Assembly (NCBI GenBank): GCA_963691875.1
Contig: OY829846.1
Span: 4,224,001-4,288,000 of the forward strand
Length of the DNA: 64,000 nucleotides
Direction: 5' to 3'
DNA from: Aureliella sp.
GTDB taxonomy: Bacteria; Planctomycetota; Planctomycetia; Pirellulales; Pirellulaceae
The first letter of the stretch is position 1, and each line of letters opens with the position of its first letter. The notes beneath the pieces are model-generated. The model had not been told where the DNA came from and did not search any database. It worked only from the letters and a program-made list of their open reading frames with translations. Position numbers and translations under genes: made by a program. Below are positions 49,659-61,400 of this stretch, piece after piece.

Positions 49659-49840
49659 TTTTGGATGAACCGTTCGGCAATAACCGCAGGCTTCCAGGCT
49701 CTAGATGATCTAAAGTCTGGGGCTACCAAGAACGATACGAGGACGGTGTTGCGATGTTCTACGAAGTTGATCGCTTTATCGTGTTACTTGCAGAGGGGCG
49801 GCTAAAGCCTGAAAACGAGCAGGTCGCGCACTCCAGTGCT

Positions 49841-50743
49841 TCACTCCCCTTTGCGCCAGAGCCAACGGAGGGACTCGGGAAGTATGGCGCCGCCGTGAAT
49901 GCCGTTATGGCCTCCTTCGCCGTAAACAAACTTGTAGTCGTAGCCTTTAAACTTCAGTGACGCAGCCATTTCTTGATTCGCCAGTGGCCAATTGCCGTGC
50001 TGGTTGTCGAGGTCGCCCGATCCATCCTGCAAGAAAACGCGAATCGGCTTCTTTTCCGCCTTACGAATCAATGCTTCGCAGTGATTACCACCGCGAATGT
50101 TGACAAAACTGCCAACATGACTGAGGACTTTGCGGAAGTAGTCGGGACGTTCCCAGGCAGATGTCCACGCACAGATTCCGCCGGAGCTGATGCCGCAAAT
50201 GGCCCGCATCTCGGGATCATCGGTCAACTTGTACTTCTTTCCGACTTCCGGCAGAATCTCTTGGATCAAAAACCGAGCGTACTGATCTGAAAGCGTATCG
50301 TACTCAAAACTGCGGTTGTTTGGCGTAGGTCGCCAGCCGCGTTGCTCTGGCAGTTCTTTGTGCTTGTGCCCAGGGTCGATAAAGATACCGATCGTGACCG
50401 GCATTGCACCCTCGTGAATCAAGTTGTCCATGACAGTGGTCGCGCGAAATTGTCCTTGTGGATTCACATAGGCATGTCCATCTTGAAAAACCATGACCGC
50501 CGCCGGTTTCGAGCCATCGTACTGAGCGGGCACATAAACCGAATAACGCCTCACCGTGTCTTCGAAAACTTTGCTACCCCACTCGTGTTCAGTGACTTTG
50601 CCCCTAGGGACGTCTGCCTTAACCATCGAATCGGGGCCTAGTTTGTACTGACTTTCATCCGCTCGTGCCAAGAAGGAAAAACAGCAAGTCAAAACTGAGA
50701 GTAAGCCGAAACGAACGGAGGGAGAAAGTGAAAGTGTTTTCAT
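49841..50743 (-). CDS. Secreted esterase (enterochelin esterase-like alpha/beta hydrolase)
   Basis: Signal peptide, VFQDG, nucleophile GISSGG and C-terminal GGH. Confidence 0.88.
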   Translation of the reverse strand: MKTLSLSPSVRFGLLSVLTCCFSFLARADESQYKLGPDSMVKADVPRGKVTEHEWGSKVFEDTVRRYSVYVPAQYDGSKPAAVMVFQDGHAYVNPQGQFRATTVMDNLIHEGAMPVTIGIFIDPGHKHKELPEQRGWRPTPNNRSFEYDTLSDQYARFLIQEILPEVGKKYKLTDDPEMRAICGISSGGICAWTSAWERPDYFRKVLSHVGSFVNIRGGNHCEALIRKAEKKPIRVFLQDGSGDLDNQHGNWPLANQEMAASLKFKGYDYKFVYGEGGHNGIHGGAILPESLRWLWRKGE

Positions 50744-50956
50744 GAAGAGAAGGGCCTTTAAGGAGCTTGGCAGGGTGCAGGGCAAGTCATCGAGTTTTTT
50801 TGATTAGACAGCAACATTGTGACAGAAATCTAGATAACTTGTGCCACTCCAACTATCACCTGAGTTTACGCGGCGCAGGCCATTAGATACCGCTTGGCAG
50901 ATGAATTGTTTGTTGCCATGCCGATTCCGTTTTCATTCAAGTCACAGTTGTCCGCC

Positions 50957-52453
50957 ATGAAGCAGAAGCAAGTCGCACAACGATCCTCCAGAGGCTGTTT
51001 GTTTTACGGACTAATCGGCTTAGTTGGATTTCCAATGCTGTTGATCGGCGGATCGGTTTTGTTCGTTACGGTACGTGACAGCGGAGCCAATTCAAAAGTT
51101 GATCAAATGAAGGCAGATCTAGTTGCCAAAGGGCTTCCAGTAGACGATGACACCCTTTCCAAGTACTACGACAAACTTGCCAGCGAAGAATATGCTAAGC
51201 AATGGATGGAATTGTGTCAGGGCAGCAACAGTGATGAAATCAATGCGGCCTGTAAGGGAGTTGCCGTAGTTGGAGCAGACGGTGGAGAGATCCCTGTTTC
51301 GCCAGAAGATGATCCTGCTCTGAAGCCAACAAGTAAGGACGAAGGAAACGCAGAGGCCAGCGCTGAAACCGGTGAAACGGATGCTGACTACGGTGCAGAA
51401 GGCGAGCTGACGTGGGATCAGCAAAAAGTGAGAGATTTCCTCGCGTTGACTAGCGAGTTGCGTTCCAGAACCGAAGTGGCAGCATTGAGACAGCTGAAGC
51501 CCGATGCAAAGCCAGTCCGCTTTCAGGTTCAATTCAATGGAATTGAGACCTTGCTCAAGCATGCTCAGCAAATGCGGCAACTGGCGCGGATTATCGTGAT
51601 TCAGGGACAAGTTGCCGTCTACGATCGAGACTCCGAGAGTACAAAGCGAAGCATTCAGACGCTGGTTGGTTGCTCGCGAACGTTGGAAGGTGAGCCAATG
51701 CTTGTGTCACAGCTCGTTCGGATTGCACTCCGAATGCTGAGTGTCGATTTGTTGCATCGTGCGCTAGAGCAAGACGTATTGATCGAGCAAGACATGGCGG
51801 AGTTGCTCCCTTTGATGCTTCAGGGTGCAAAGCTTTCACCCACGTGGTACGTTGCTCATCATGGAGAGCGATGCGTGTACTTGCCGATAGCCGAAGGGAA
51901 GAGTTCTGGAGCAACTGCGGATGTTGGTTGGCTACCGTTCCGCGGCAAAGACAAGCAACTCTACATGGAGATCAACGAGGCTTTGGTCAACGTCGAGCTA
52001 GGTGACTTGGATGCCTTTCGCGACGAGATGATTCGTCAGGAGGATAGGATATCCAATTCGATCAATGGCGGATCTCTAGCAATGTTTGAAAACTTGCTCA
52101 CTAGTATGCTTGCTCCCGCAACCGCGGCTGCGGCTGAAGCCTGGATTCGCGAAGCTATGAATCACCAGATTGCGGCACTGGCAATCGGAGTCAAGTTACA
52201 CGAGAGCCGAAAAGGTGAGTTCCCGAAAGATCTAGAGCAATTACAAGCACTTGATGCAGGTGTCGATTGGAATCCAGCTGAGCTGCAACCGATTGGTGGA
52301 AAACCTTACGGCTATGAAGTCGATGACGAAGGAGCGCATCTTTGGGGATTTAGTACTCGCAACCATAGTGAGACGCCAGAAATACGACCGACTGAGGACC
52401 TTACGATTGAAACGGAATCTTGGTTGTGGGACATTCCGAAATCGAAGAAGTAG
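50957..52453 (+). CDS. Membrane-anchored hypothetical protein
   Basis: Long ORF with N-terminal TM, EPMLVSQLVR and C-terminal GEFPKDLEQL..PIGGKPYGY. Confidence 0.75.
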   Translation: MKQKQVAQRSSRGCLFYGLIGLVGFPMLLIGGSVLFVTVRDSGANSKVDQMKADLVAKGLPVDDDTLSKYYDKLASEEYAKQWMELCQGSNSDEINAACKGVAVVGADGGEIPVSPEDDPALKPTSKDEGNAEASAETGETDADYGAEGELTWDQQKVRDFLALTSELRSRTEVAALRQLKPDAKPVRFQVQFNGIETLLKHAQQMRQLARIIVIQGQVAVYDRDSESTKRSIQTLVGCSRTLEGEPMLVSQLVRIALRMLSVDLLHRALEQDVLIEQDMAELLPLMLQGAKLSPTWYVAHHGERCVYLPIAEGKSSGATADVGWLPFRGKDKQLYMEINEALVNVELGDLDAFRDEMIRQEDRISNSINGGSLAMFENLLTSMLAPATAAAAEAWIREAMNHQIAALAIGVKLHESRKGEFPKDLEQLQALDAGVDWNPAELQPIGGKPYGYEVDDEGAHLWGFSTRNHSETPEIRPTEDLTIETESWLWDIPKSKK

Positions 52454-52498
52454 TTGCACGAGAAAGTCGGCTGTTCACTTTGCTCACAACGATCTCTT

Positions 52499-52881
52499 GG
52501 TAACCCGAAGCGTCAGAGCGTCAGCGAGGGATCAGGCTTTTCCTACGCTAGTGCAGTGAATTGAAAGTCCTGTACCAAACGTGCCGAGTGGTTCTGCGCT
52601 ACAAATCGTCCTATTCAGCGTGGTTGTTTGCCACAGAGGGCACGGAGAAAACCAAACGAAGTGTAGTTGCATGAGATCCCTCTGTGAACTCAGTGATCTC
52701 GGTGGCTTCAAACAGCAGCACTGGGCTTGCGTGCGTATGGACGCAGTTAAACACTGACAGATCTTGGGAAACGCCAGCGACCTGAATCGAGGCTACGAGT
52801 ACAGGTTTCGGGCGGAAGCGGTAAACTCCCGCGCATCTGAAACCTTACTTTCAGGTTGTAGCACTAACGCTTCGGGATTCC
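52499..52881. repeat. Nested REP-like inverted repeats
   Basis: Outer arms GGTAACCCGAAGCGTCAG (52499) and CACTAACGCTTCGGGATTCC (52862-52881). Inner arms GCCACAGAGGGCACGGAG (52630-52647) and CTCAGTGATCTCGGTGGC (52689-52706). Confidence 0.6.
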
Positions 52882-53009
52882 AAAATGCGCAAATCCGAAG
52901 AATGAGTGGCCGTGTACTTTGACATCTTTGAGTAAAATCCCTACCGCTTCTGGGCTATGATGGTCTGTCATTTTGCTGGGCGCCACTTTTTCTGATCAAT
53001 CCGAAGACC

Positions 53010-55133
53010 ATGCGAAAAATCGTCTCTATCAAACCTGCGTTTTAGTTGCTCATCCTGTTTCTTTTCGCGCTCACGCCAATCCTAGCTGTGGGTCAAACGA
53101 AGAAACAAGGTATTCCGCCGGGGATCAAGCTCCGGCCCAAGGCAGGGGAAGAAGTTGAGATCTACTACCTCGGCGACTGGCGACCCGCTCGAGTGCTCGA
53201 AGCGTCGAAGACTCAGATTGCCGTGGAGTATGAATGGGTTAACCGGCTTTACCAGAAGAAGTTCCCGCTGAACGAGGCGCGATATCCTTGGCAGGCGAAC
53301 GCGATGTCGCCCGTTTACAACTGGAAGGACCAGAGTGGTTCTTTTTCGGTTAAAGCGGCGGTAATGGATTTTGATCGTGATAAGCGAACGGTCACGCTCT
53401 ACAACTTGGAGAAGAACACCGAGATCACAGTTGCCGTCGACAAACTTTCCGATGCCGACAAGACTCGGCTCAAGCGAATCGTCGACAGTGCGCCGATGAA
53501 GATCACGCCTCCGCCTCCACTGGAGCAGTTTCAGAAGCTAAGTTTCGGTCGCGTTACCTCCTGGAATCCGGCAGTAAACTTGGCTGAGGTCAGTCCGGAT
53601 CCGCCACGGAACGTGATGAATTTTCCAGATGGCGGCGCTGCATTCCCGAAGCTTAGGTTTTGGGATAGTTTGAATTCGGTTTACCCGATCGGAACGGAAT
53701 CAGGTTGGATGGCTGCTGCCGCAGGCTCAGACAATTTCGACCAGGATGAGTTTCCAGCTCGCTTGGTTTGGGCCACTCTGGCAGACGGAAAAATTCGCAA
53801 AATACAATCCTTGGCGCACGGCGAGTTGCTGATGGCCGTGGATGCTGCTTCTCAAAGAGTGTTGACCGTCGGAAAGGAGGGACGCGAGTGGACACTTGCC
53901 GTCTGGACTGCGAGTCCGAAGACAGATAAGGCGACACCAATCGTTCGCTGGATCAGCCACAAAGACGTATTCTCACGCAAGCCCTTCGCAGAATTTGTAG
54001 GTGAAAACAGAGTCATTCATCGGTGGGGTGACTCGCAATACATCGTTTGGGATTTCGTGCAGCGAACGGCTGTATACGAAGTAAAACAAGAATCGTTCTT
54101 CGACGCACCTCCCGTGATCAGTCCCGGCAAGCGCTATTTGGCTTTACCCGAGGACAAGGGTGTGCGGATTCTCTCAGCCGCTGATGGAGAAACACTTGCC
54201 AGCTTGCCTGTCGGTACGGATCGAGCTTCCGGTGTGGCCTTTGACGCAAAAGGTGAGAAGCTCGCGGTGCTCAACAAGAATCAACTGCTGATCTGGAAGC
54301 TAGGAACGGCTGATCCGCCGGAAAGTTACGTGGCTAGTGCCGTGGGCTCACCTTTTGGTCAGCGCCTTGCTTAGGTGGATGACAGGACTTTGCTCGTGGA
54401 CGGGAAGACGCTTTTTGACCTGGATCGAGAGCTACCAATCTGGACTTACTCGGCCGCGTTTGGAGAGGTCTCGAGAAGTGGCTTCAACGAAGTGAGTAAA
54501 ATTGCCGGTGGACGATTATGTTACGGCGTCACATTGCGAGAAGGCGGTTCTGGTGGTGCGTTTGTGATTGGAGCCGTCGAGTTGCCGGGCAAGGGAGTCA
54601 GCGACACGGTAGAGCGAATCGACGAGGAGAAACTTTGGACGCTCGGACCTGGATCTACGGTTCGCATTGAAACGAGCTGTGGGAACTACAACCAACAAGT
54701 ACGCAATGCTTTGATGCGAGCCGCAGAGGCGGCAGGCTGGACTGTTCAGCCGAATGGTCAGTTCACGCTTCGCGCCGAAATGGGACGTTCCAAGTCACAG
54801 ACGATCACCTATGAACGCCAAGGTTCTGGCCAGACGGAAACCCGCACCGTTACGCCTTACTACTCCAATCTTTCCGTGACCGAGGGCCAAACCCGAATCT
54901 GGTCTTCTGGCAGCTCGAGTGGTGGAGCTCCCTCTTTCATGTGGGTCCGTGACGGCGAGTCGATTCAGAGCAAAGTTTCTCAGACTGAACGGGCTGATCC
55001 CGGTTTCTTCAATCGCGTCAAACTGCCTGGCCGAATTCTAAACCCTCGCTACAAGGGTGGTTTTGGAACTTCGGTGTACAGCAAAGTTGGTTTGACGGCC
55101 AAGCCAATGGAAAACTTGCCGTTGAAGCCTTGA
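53010..55133 (+). pseudogene. Secreted SHD1-like plus beta-propeller protein interrupted by two in-frame TAGs
   Basis: Single frame from ATG 53010 with TAG at 53043-53045 (in the signal peptide) and 54372-54374. SHD1-like WKDQSGSFSVKA..VDKLSDADK and propeller-like repeats. Confidence 0.75.
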
Positions 55134-55449
55134 TCCTGCACGAGTCGCGTAAGCGGGATGGAACTCGTTAACGGTCGCGATCTGTTGTTCTAGGCTTTGT
55201 CTCAAAACGGTAGCGGAAGTCGTCAAGACTTTCGATGCACAGCGAAAACCGAAACTCTTGACGAGTTCCGCTACGAAAATCAGACTTTTGAGACAAAGCC
55301 TTTTGCTCCGTATCACCGTCGGGATGCGTCTAGTAGAAGGAAGAGCATTGGGCCCATTCTGCGTCAAGGCGATTTTGCGAACTGAAGGACCGGCAGCCAG
55401 CGTCAAAGGCGCTAACTGAAGAAGGGCCGCGTTTGCCTAGCTGCGAGCC

Positions 55450-55656
55450 TTGATCTTAACCCCAGTCCGTCTGGGGCCTGGAGTAACCATTAAGTCAGTC
55501 GTAGATCAGATTCAGCGTCCCGACGTAGAGTTTTTCCGTGATCGCTTGCCTCGCTACATGGTGAGCAGGGCATATCAAGGTGGTTTTGGGAAGGCGGAAT
55601 TCGGCGCGGTTGGAATGACTTCTAAGCCGATAGGGAATCTGCCAATGAAGCCCTAA
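55450..55656 (+). pseudogene. Remnant paralog of the C-terminus of the preceding gene
   Basis: RPDVEFFRDRLPRYMVSRAYQGGFGKAEFGAVGMTSKPIGNLPMKP versus RADPGFFNRVKLPGRILNPRYKGGFGTSVYSKVGLTAKPMENLPLKP. Confidence 0.75.
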
Positions 55657-55795
55657 AACTGTTTCTGGCTTGGATTTTCCTGCATTTTCCGAGGCAAATT
55701 AGCCGTTGTGGAAAACAAGATTGGCCGATAAACTCTGAGATCCAGAGAACGAGAATCCCCCGCGATGGGGAATAAGAATACTTGGAGACAGTGAC

Positions 55796-55996
55796 ATGAC
55801 GCTCGACAAGAGCCTCAGAGTATCCGGCGGCAAGATTAAGAATCGCAACGTTTTGACCCGCGTAGAACGCCTCAAGCGGCTCCGTGAGTTGGATCGCTGG
55901 AATGAAGGCGAATCCGTTCTCGGCATTCCTAAGACTCGCGTCGTCAAGGTTAGCTTGAAGAAGAAGAAGAAGGTCAAGAAGGAAGACGAGAAGTAA
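55796..55996 (+). CDS. Small basic protein, PVC-superphylum signature protein (TIGR04137-like)
   Basis: MTLDKSL..RNVLTRVERL...S.LGIPK.R with a Lys-rich tail and a GGAG RBS. Confidence 0.88.
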   Translation: MTLDKSLRVSGGKIKNRNVLTRVERLKRLRELDRWNEGESVLGIPKTRVVKVSLKKKKKVKKEDEK

Positions 55997-56028
55997 GTCG
56001 CACGTTCAGCCGAATCAGAAACATCCCC

Positions 56029-56058
56029 AAAACGCAGCTTAGAACAGTTGCGTTTTTT
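56029..56058 (+). terminator. Rho-independent terminator, possibly bidirectional
   Basis: AAAACGCAGCT-TAGAAC-AGTTGCGTTTTTT downstream of the small basic protein gene. Confidence 0.7.
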
Positions 56059-56211
56059 CGTGCGCACCGCTCCCCATGTGCAGGTTCATTGGCTGCAGAT
56101 GAAAGACGGAATGAACACAGGTTGGATTTGCCGTATTGCATTGAATTGTCAGTGTATTCCACCTTCAGCCGCTTGCATGTTGTGCCCCAAGAAGAGCTAC
56201 CTAAGAACGAG

Positions 56212-57339
56212 TTAGCTTCCGTTTTTCAGGCTCTTGAGCCAGCGGGCAAGGTCTGTGGGGAGAGGCATTTTGAAGTTGAGGTGTTCGCCTGAGAATGGAT
56301 GCGTGAACTCAAGAAGGTGCGAGTGCAAGGCGTGGCGAGGGGCATGGCTGTCGTCCGGGAGAATCTTGCCGTCAGCTAGCTTGTGATAGATCTTGTCGCC
56401 GCAAATGGGATGTCCAAGCTCCGATAAATGAATTCGAATCTGATGTGTTCTGCCCGTCTCAAGCTTGCAAGTCAACTTGGAATAGCGGCTACCTGCGATG
56501 GGCTCGGAATGGAGGATATGAGTGATTGCTTCTAATGCAGCATCTTGCTCTTCCTGACTTGCGCCTTTAGGCAATGTGCCACGGACTCCGTCGCCTCTAT
56601 CGCGGATGAGCATGCTGGTAATCGTTTGCGGATCGACCTGGCCACTGCAGAAGGCTTGGTACTGACGGCGAATTGTATGCCGCCGAAACATGCTTACGAG
56701 CTTTTGCTCTGCAGCCCGAGTCCGTGCAAAGAGCATCAGACCACTGGTCTCGCGATCAAGTCGGTGGACTGGAAAAACTTGAAGCTCGGGTGGGAGCTTC
56801 TTCGAGTTCTGGATGTGGCTTGGCTTCTTGCGATTCCGAGCCTGATTCGTTTGGTGTCGACCACGATTCATGCCTACGGGTGGGAGTGGTGGCCAGCGCA
56901 GTCGTTGCATCTTGGCTAGTACTGGCGGCAGTAGTTCCTCCAGCGTAGGTTGCAGCTGTCGACGGCGTGTTGAAATGCGGCGTTCATTGAAGTGCCGAAC
57001 ACTGGTCACGCCAGCTGGCTTGGCAACCACCAGTAGCTGTTCGTCGAGGTGCTCGATCCGGATGTCGCGAACTTCAACGGGTTTGCTTTGCGGTTGGGCG
57101 AACCACTTAATGACGTCTTTGGCCGTCAATCTACGCGCCTCGTCAAGGCATAAATTTCCGTTGACTTGAATCTGCCGGCGGCTAATCCATTTCTTGACTT
57201 GCCCCCATGATGCATCCTTGGCCAATTCTTTGAGTGCCGCTGCCAGGGTCAGGCCCTCGTGCTGATCGCCAAGGTGATAAACTAGCGACTCTTTGTTCTT
57301 CGGATTCAATGGATTTTCGACTTCGTTCTTCACTGCCAT
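56212..57339 (-). CDS. RluA-family pseudouridine synthase with N-terminal S4-like domain
   Basis: KPAG, VHRLDRETSG, LETGRTHQIRIHL, GDKIY and LHS. Confidence 0.93.
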   Translation of the reverse strand: MAVKNEVENPLNPKNKESLVYHLGDQHEGLTLAAALKELAKDASWGQVKKWISRRQIQVNGNLCLDEARRLTAKDVIKWFAQPQSKPVEVRDIRIEHLDEQLLVVAKPAGVTSVRHFNERRISTRRRQLQPTLEELLPPVLAKMQRLRWPPLPPVGMNRGRHQTNQARNRKKPSHIQNSKKLPPELQVFPVHRLDRETSGLMLFARTRAAEQKLVSMFRRHTIRRQYQAFCSGQVDPQTITSMLIRDRGDGVRGTLPKGASQEEQDAALEAITHILHSEPIAGSRYSKLTCKLETGRTHQIRIHLSELGHPICGDKIYHKLADGKILPDDSHAPRHALHSHLLEFTHPFSGEHLNFKMPLPTDLARWLKSLKNGS

Positions 57340-57486
57340 TCTGGTCTGTCAGAGATCGCAGAACTTTGCCTTGTCCCACATGCTTGGCCGACCGATTTCA
57401 TGAAAGAATAAGCCAAAGGCTGAAGATATCGAGTCGAAATGCTCCGTTTTTGTCTGTTCTGCTCCAAGTCGTGAAAGTCGAAAGCC

Positions 57487-58158
57487 ATGCTGGAATTCCT
57501 GCCATTGCTGTTTGTGCTCACCATTATTGCGCTAGTCAGTTTTGGTGTAGTTGCCGGTTCCATTGTCGCAGCGAGAAAACGACGAGAGACTTTGGCAAAA
57601 TTCGCAGAAGACCTAGGCCTGGAGTATCAAGAAATTTTGCCTGCCCAGGATGCCAGTCAATTCCAGCAATTCAACCTTGCAAATAAAGGCCGTGCTCGCA
57701 AAGCGACGAATGCCGTGACTGCTGATTCAGGCGAATTGCGACTTGTCATCTTCGACTACAACTACACGACGGGCAGCGGAAAGAATAGTACAACGCGTCG
57801 CCAATCGGTTGTAATGGCTTTCAGTAGCAGTTCGTTACAGTTGCCCCACTTCAATATCAGCCCGGAAAGCTTCTTGAGTAAGATCAGCGATTTCTTCGGC
57901 TTCAAGGACATCGACTTTGTTGACGACAAGGCGTTTTCTGATGCGTTTCTTTTGCACGGAGCGGACGAAGCAGCAGTACGTAAATTCTTTACGCCGGAGC
58001 GGCGAAAGAAATTCTTCGATTTCCGTGATGTTTCCATCGAAGCTCGGGCCAACATCTTCATCTTTTATATTCCTAGGCGAATCTGCAAGTCCAATGAGAT
58101 TCGTGGTCTTATGGAACGCGGCTTTGCGATTTACACGCTACTGTCTTCGGAAGAGTGA
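57487..58158 (+). CDS. Membrane-anchored hypothetical protein
   Basis: N-terminal TM, FDYNYTTGSGKNSTT and DIDF..D..FS..FLL. Confidence 0.75.
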   Translation: MLEFLPLLFVLTIIALVSFGVVAGSIVAARKRRETLAKFAEDLGLEYQEILPAQDASQFQQFNLANKGRARKATNAVTADSGELRLVIFDYNYTTGSGKNSTTRRQSVVMAFSSSSLQLPHFNISPESFLSKISDFFGFKDIDFVDDKAFSDAFLLHGADEAAVRKFFTPERRKKFFDFRDVSIEARANIFIFYIPRRICKSNEIRGLMERGFAIYTLLSSEE

Positions 58159-58404
58159 CACGGTGAACTTTGATTTGGATATTCGCAGTCCAACTCTCAA
58201 CCCTAGTAAAGCTGCGCCATGGTCACCAAAGCAAATTATCGATTTGCGAGTAAAGCAAATACGGCAACAGCGTCTTTACATAGCACAGGATTGAGTTCGA
58301 GAGCTCTGATGTCTGCGATGCGACCAAACGTTTCTTGCGGATTCTGTGAAAGGTAACCGGCGAGTGGGTAAGCCTATGGGAACGTCTTCGCCAAGGCAGA
58401 GACG

Positions 58405-61400
58405 ATGGAGGGAGGATGGATGGAATCGTACTCGGAAATCAAGCGGCATCGATTTGAAGATGGGGCGATGGCTGGCGGTTGGTGGGAGCCCGGTGCCGAG
58501 GGAAGGATCGAATGTCATCTTTGTCCGCGAAAGTGTAGCCTAAAGGATGGTGACAAGGGATTTTGCTTTGTCCGCGAGAATCGCAACGGACAAGTTGCCT
58601 TGTCGACCTACGGGCGGAGCACAGGATTCTGTATTGATCCAATAGAGAAGAAGCCACTCAATCACTTCTTGCCAGGCACTCCGGTACTGAGTTTTGGTAC
58701 CGCTGGATGTAATCTCGGGTGCAAGTTCTGCCAAAATTGGGATATCTCTAAGTCACGCGAAACGCAGCGGCTCAGCAATGTTGCAGAACCGGAAAGCGTG
58801 GCGAGAGCGGCACAGCAAACTGGCTGTAGAAGCGTGGCTTACACCTACAACGACCCCATCATCTGGGCTGAGTACGCCATCGATACTGCTCGAGCCTGCC
58901 GACAGCTTGGCATCAAGAATGTTGCGGTGACGGCGGGCTATATTTCACCTCCGGCGCGAGCTGAGTTCTTTGAGTTTATGGATGCAGCGAATGTCGATCT
59001 TAAGGCGTTCACCGAAGACTTCTACCATAAGATTACCTATTCTCACCTGGAGCCAGTTCTAGACACTTTGGAGTTTCTTCATCGCGAGACGGACGTGTGG
59101 GTTGAGATCACGAACTTGATCATTCCTGACGCAAATGATAATCCGGATGAACTGCGCAAGATGTGCGACTGGGTTCTGGGGAAGGTGGGCGATTTAGTGC
59201 CTGTTCACTTCACGGCCTTTCATCCCGACTTTCGAATGCTCGATCGTCCGCGCACGAGTCCTGATACATTGATTGTTGCCCAAGAAATCGCGTATTCGGC
59301 AGGAATCCAATATGCTTATGTCGGAAACGTTCAAGACGCGGAAAGGCAAAGCACGAACTGTCATCACTGTGGGCAGTTATTGATTGCGCGAGATCGATAT
59401 GAACTTGGGCAATATAACTTGACCGCTGAGGGTACTTGCCGGTTTTGCCAAACGCAGATTCCAGGGCGGTATCAAGCATCTTGTGGCGATTGGGGCGCGA
59501 CGCGTCAGCCGATTCGCATTGAGTCTTTTGCGAATCCCAGCCCAATTGTTCCCATCACTGTAGCGCACGAAAAGGAAGACATTGTGAGTAACGCACCGGA
59601 GTCTCAGCCAGCCAATCCTATTGCAACTCCTGTCCCAACCCCGACACCGCTTCAGCTGCTAGAGATGGACATGCTGAAGGAAGATCAGAAGCAGTTGATC
59701 TGCAAGGCGGCGGCCCATTGGTTGGCGGCTGCAGTTTACAACCAGAATACCACTGAACCGGCTGGATTCTTAGGCGACTTGGCTGACACTGTCGTCATGG
59801 GTGCTTTTGTGACGGTCAAACGCGGCGAGATCCTGCGTGGTTGTTGCGGTGTGCTAGGCAAGCCCGTGCCGCTAGGGCACGCGCTTGCATCAGCGGCGGC
59901 AAAGACGGCCAAGGAAGATAAGAGGATGGCCGCAATTTCGCGCAGCGAACTTCCATATTTAGACATTGAAGTCACGCTGCTTGGGCCATTCAAGAAAATC
60001 GAGGCACAAGGTGCGGCACGACAGGATCATGTTGAAATCGGCAAACACGGATTGATGATCCAGCAAGCTGGCCGAAACGGTTTGCTCTTGCCGTCGGTAG
60101 CCGTGGATCGCAAGTGGGACGCCTTTCAGTTTATGCAAGGTGTCTGCAACAAGGCAGGCTTGTCTGTTGGAGCTTGGGAGCAGCCAGACACGAGCGTCTT
60201 TACGTTTGATGGCTTACCCATAGGTGGCGAGTTTCAGGAACTGTTTGAGCACGAAACACCTGCCAACCTGTACATGCCAATGACCCAGGAGCAGTTGGCG
60301 GAATACACCAAGGTGGCTGGCCACAACATCGTGGCTTTAGTCTCTGGTGGAACACCAAGTTATGTCATTCCTGGTCTTCCAGACGCGTCAGTCAATGCCT
60401 TGGTGCTCTCGTTGCAGTGGACGACAGATGGCAAGCCAGGTGAAGAAGACGGGAAGAATGTACGACAAGGTAACTTGGTGCAGGTTTCTTATCGACCTGG
60501 TGTACCGATGCAGAATGCCTTGTATCAGATGTGTCAGCAAGCGGCGATGATGTTCCGTCAGCAGCAGTTCGCAGGCCAGATGCAGATCGGAATCTCGATT
60601 GGTATAGATCCTGCGATGCACGGCTTTGGCCCTCAAGCCGATCTGGAAGGAATTGATACTCACGCGCGCGGACTGGTTATTTCTGATCGTCGACACTGCG
60701 GCATGGCATTTAATCCTGAGCAGTCGGCGGAGGAGTTGCGCGACAAGTTACGAACGATTCTTCCAATCAACAGCCGCGACGCAGCTCTGCACAGCATGCA
60801 AGTGATGTCCACCATGCCACAAGTGATTGCCATTTCGGCACCCGTCGCTGTGCGTTCTTCCGGTGTGCGTCCGCCTGCGGTGGCCGGCAAGTTCTATCCG
60901 AAAGAAGATGCGGCTCGGCGAGCGATGGTGGGAACACTGCTCAAAGAAGAGCCTGCAGAGAAGTATTCGCCTGCGGCCATTATGGTTCCCCACGCTGGCA
61001 TCAAGTATTCGGGGCAGATTGCCGCGAATACGTGGAACAGCGTTGAAAACTTAGATGAGCGTACACTGATTGTTATCTCGCCGAAGCACACGGAGCATGG
61101 AGTCAATTGGGCAGTTTGTCCTTTTGAGTCTTGGCAGCTTTCTTCGACGACTAGTATCCAAAGCGATGCACTTCTAGCGCAGCAGCTTTCCGATGCCGTG
61201 ACAGCGCTAGAGATGGATTCTGCCGCGCATCAATTAGAACATGGCATTGAAGTACAGTTGCCAATCCTGGAGCAGCTGGCACCAAAGAGTAAAGTGATCG
61301 GGTTGGCGCTTCAGGGCGGAAGCTGGGCCGACATCAGTGAAGCGGCTGGCCAGTTTGCGGACTTCCTGAAAACCCAGAATGAAATGCCGTTGCTCGTGAT

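Noticed and set aside
5258..54374. Genome-wide TAG reassignment suggested by in-frame ambers at 5258, 53043 and 54372
   Set aside because: Intact genes (Fur, RcnA, BMC, UppP, MacB permease) end at TAG at their expected family C-termini, so TAG works as a normal stop.
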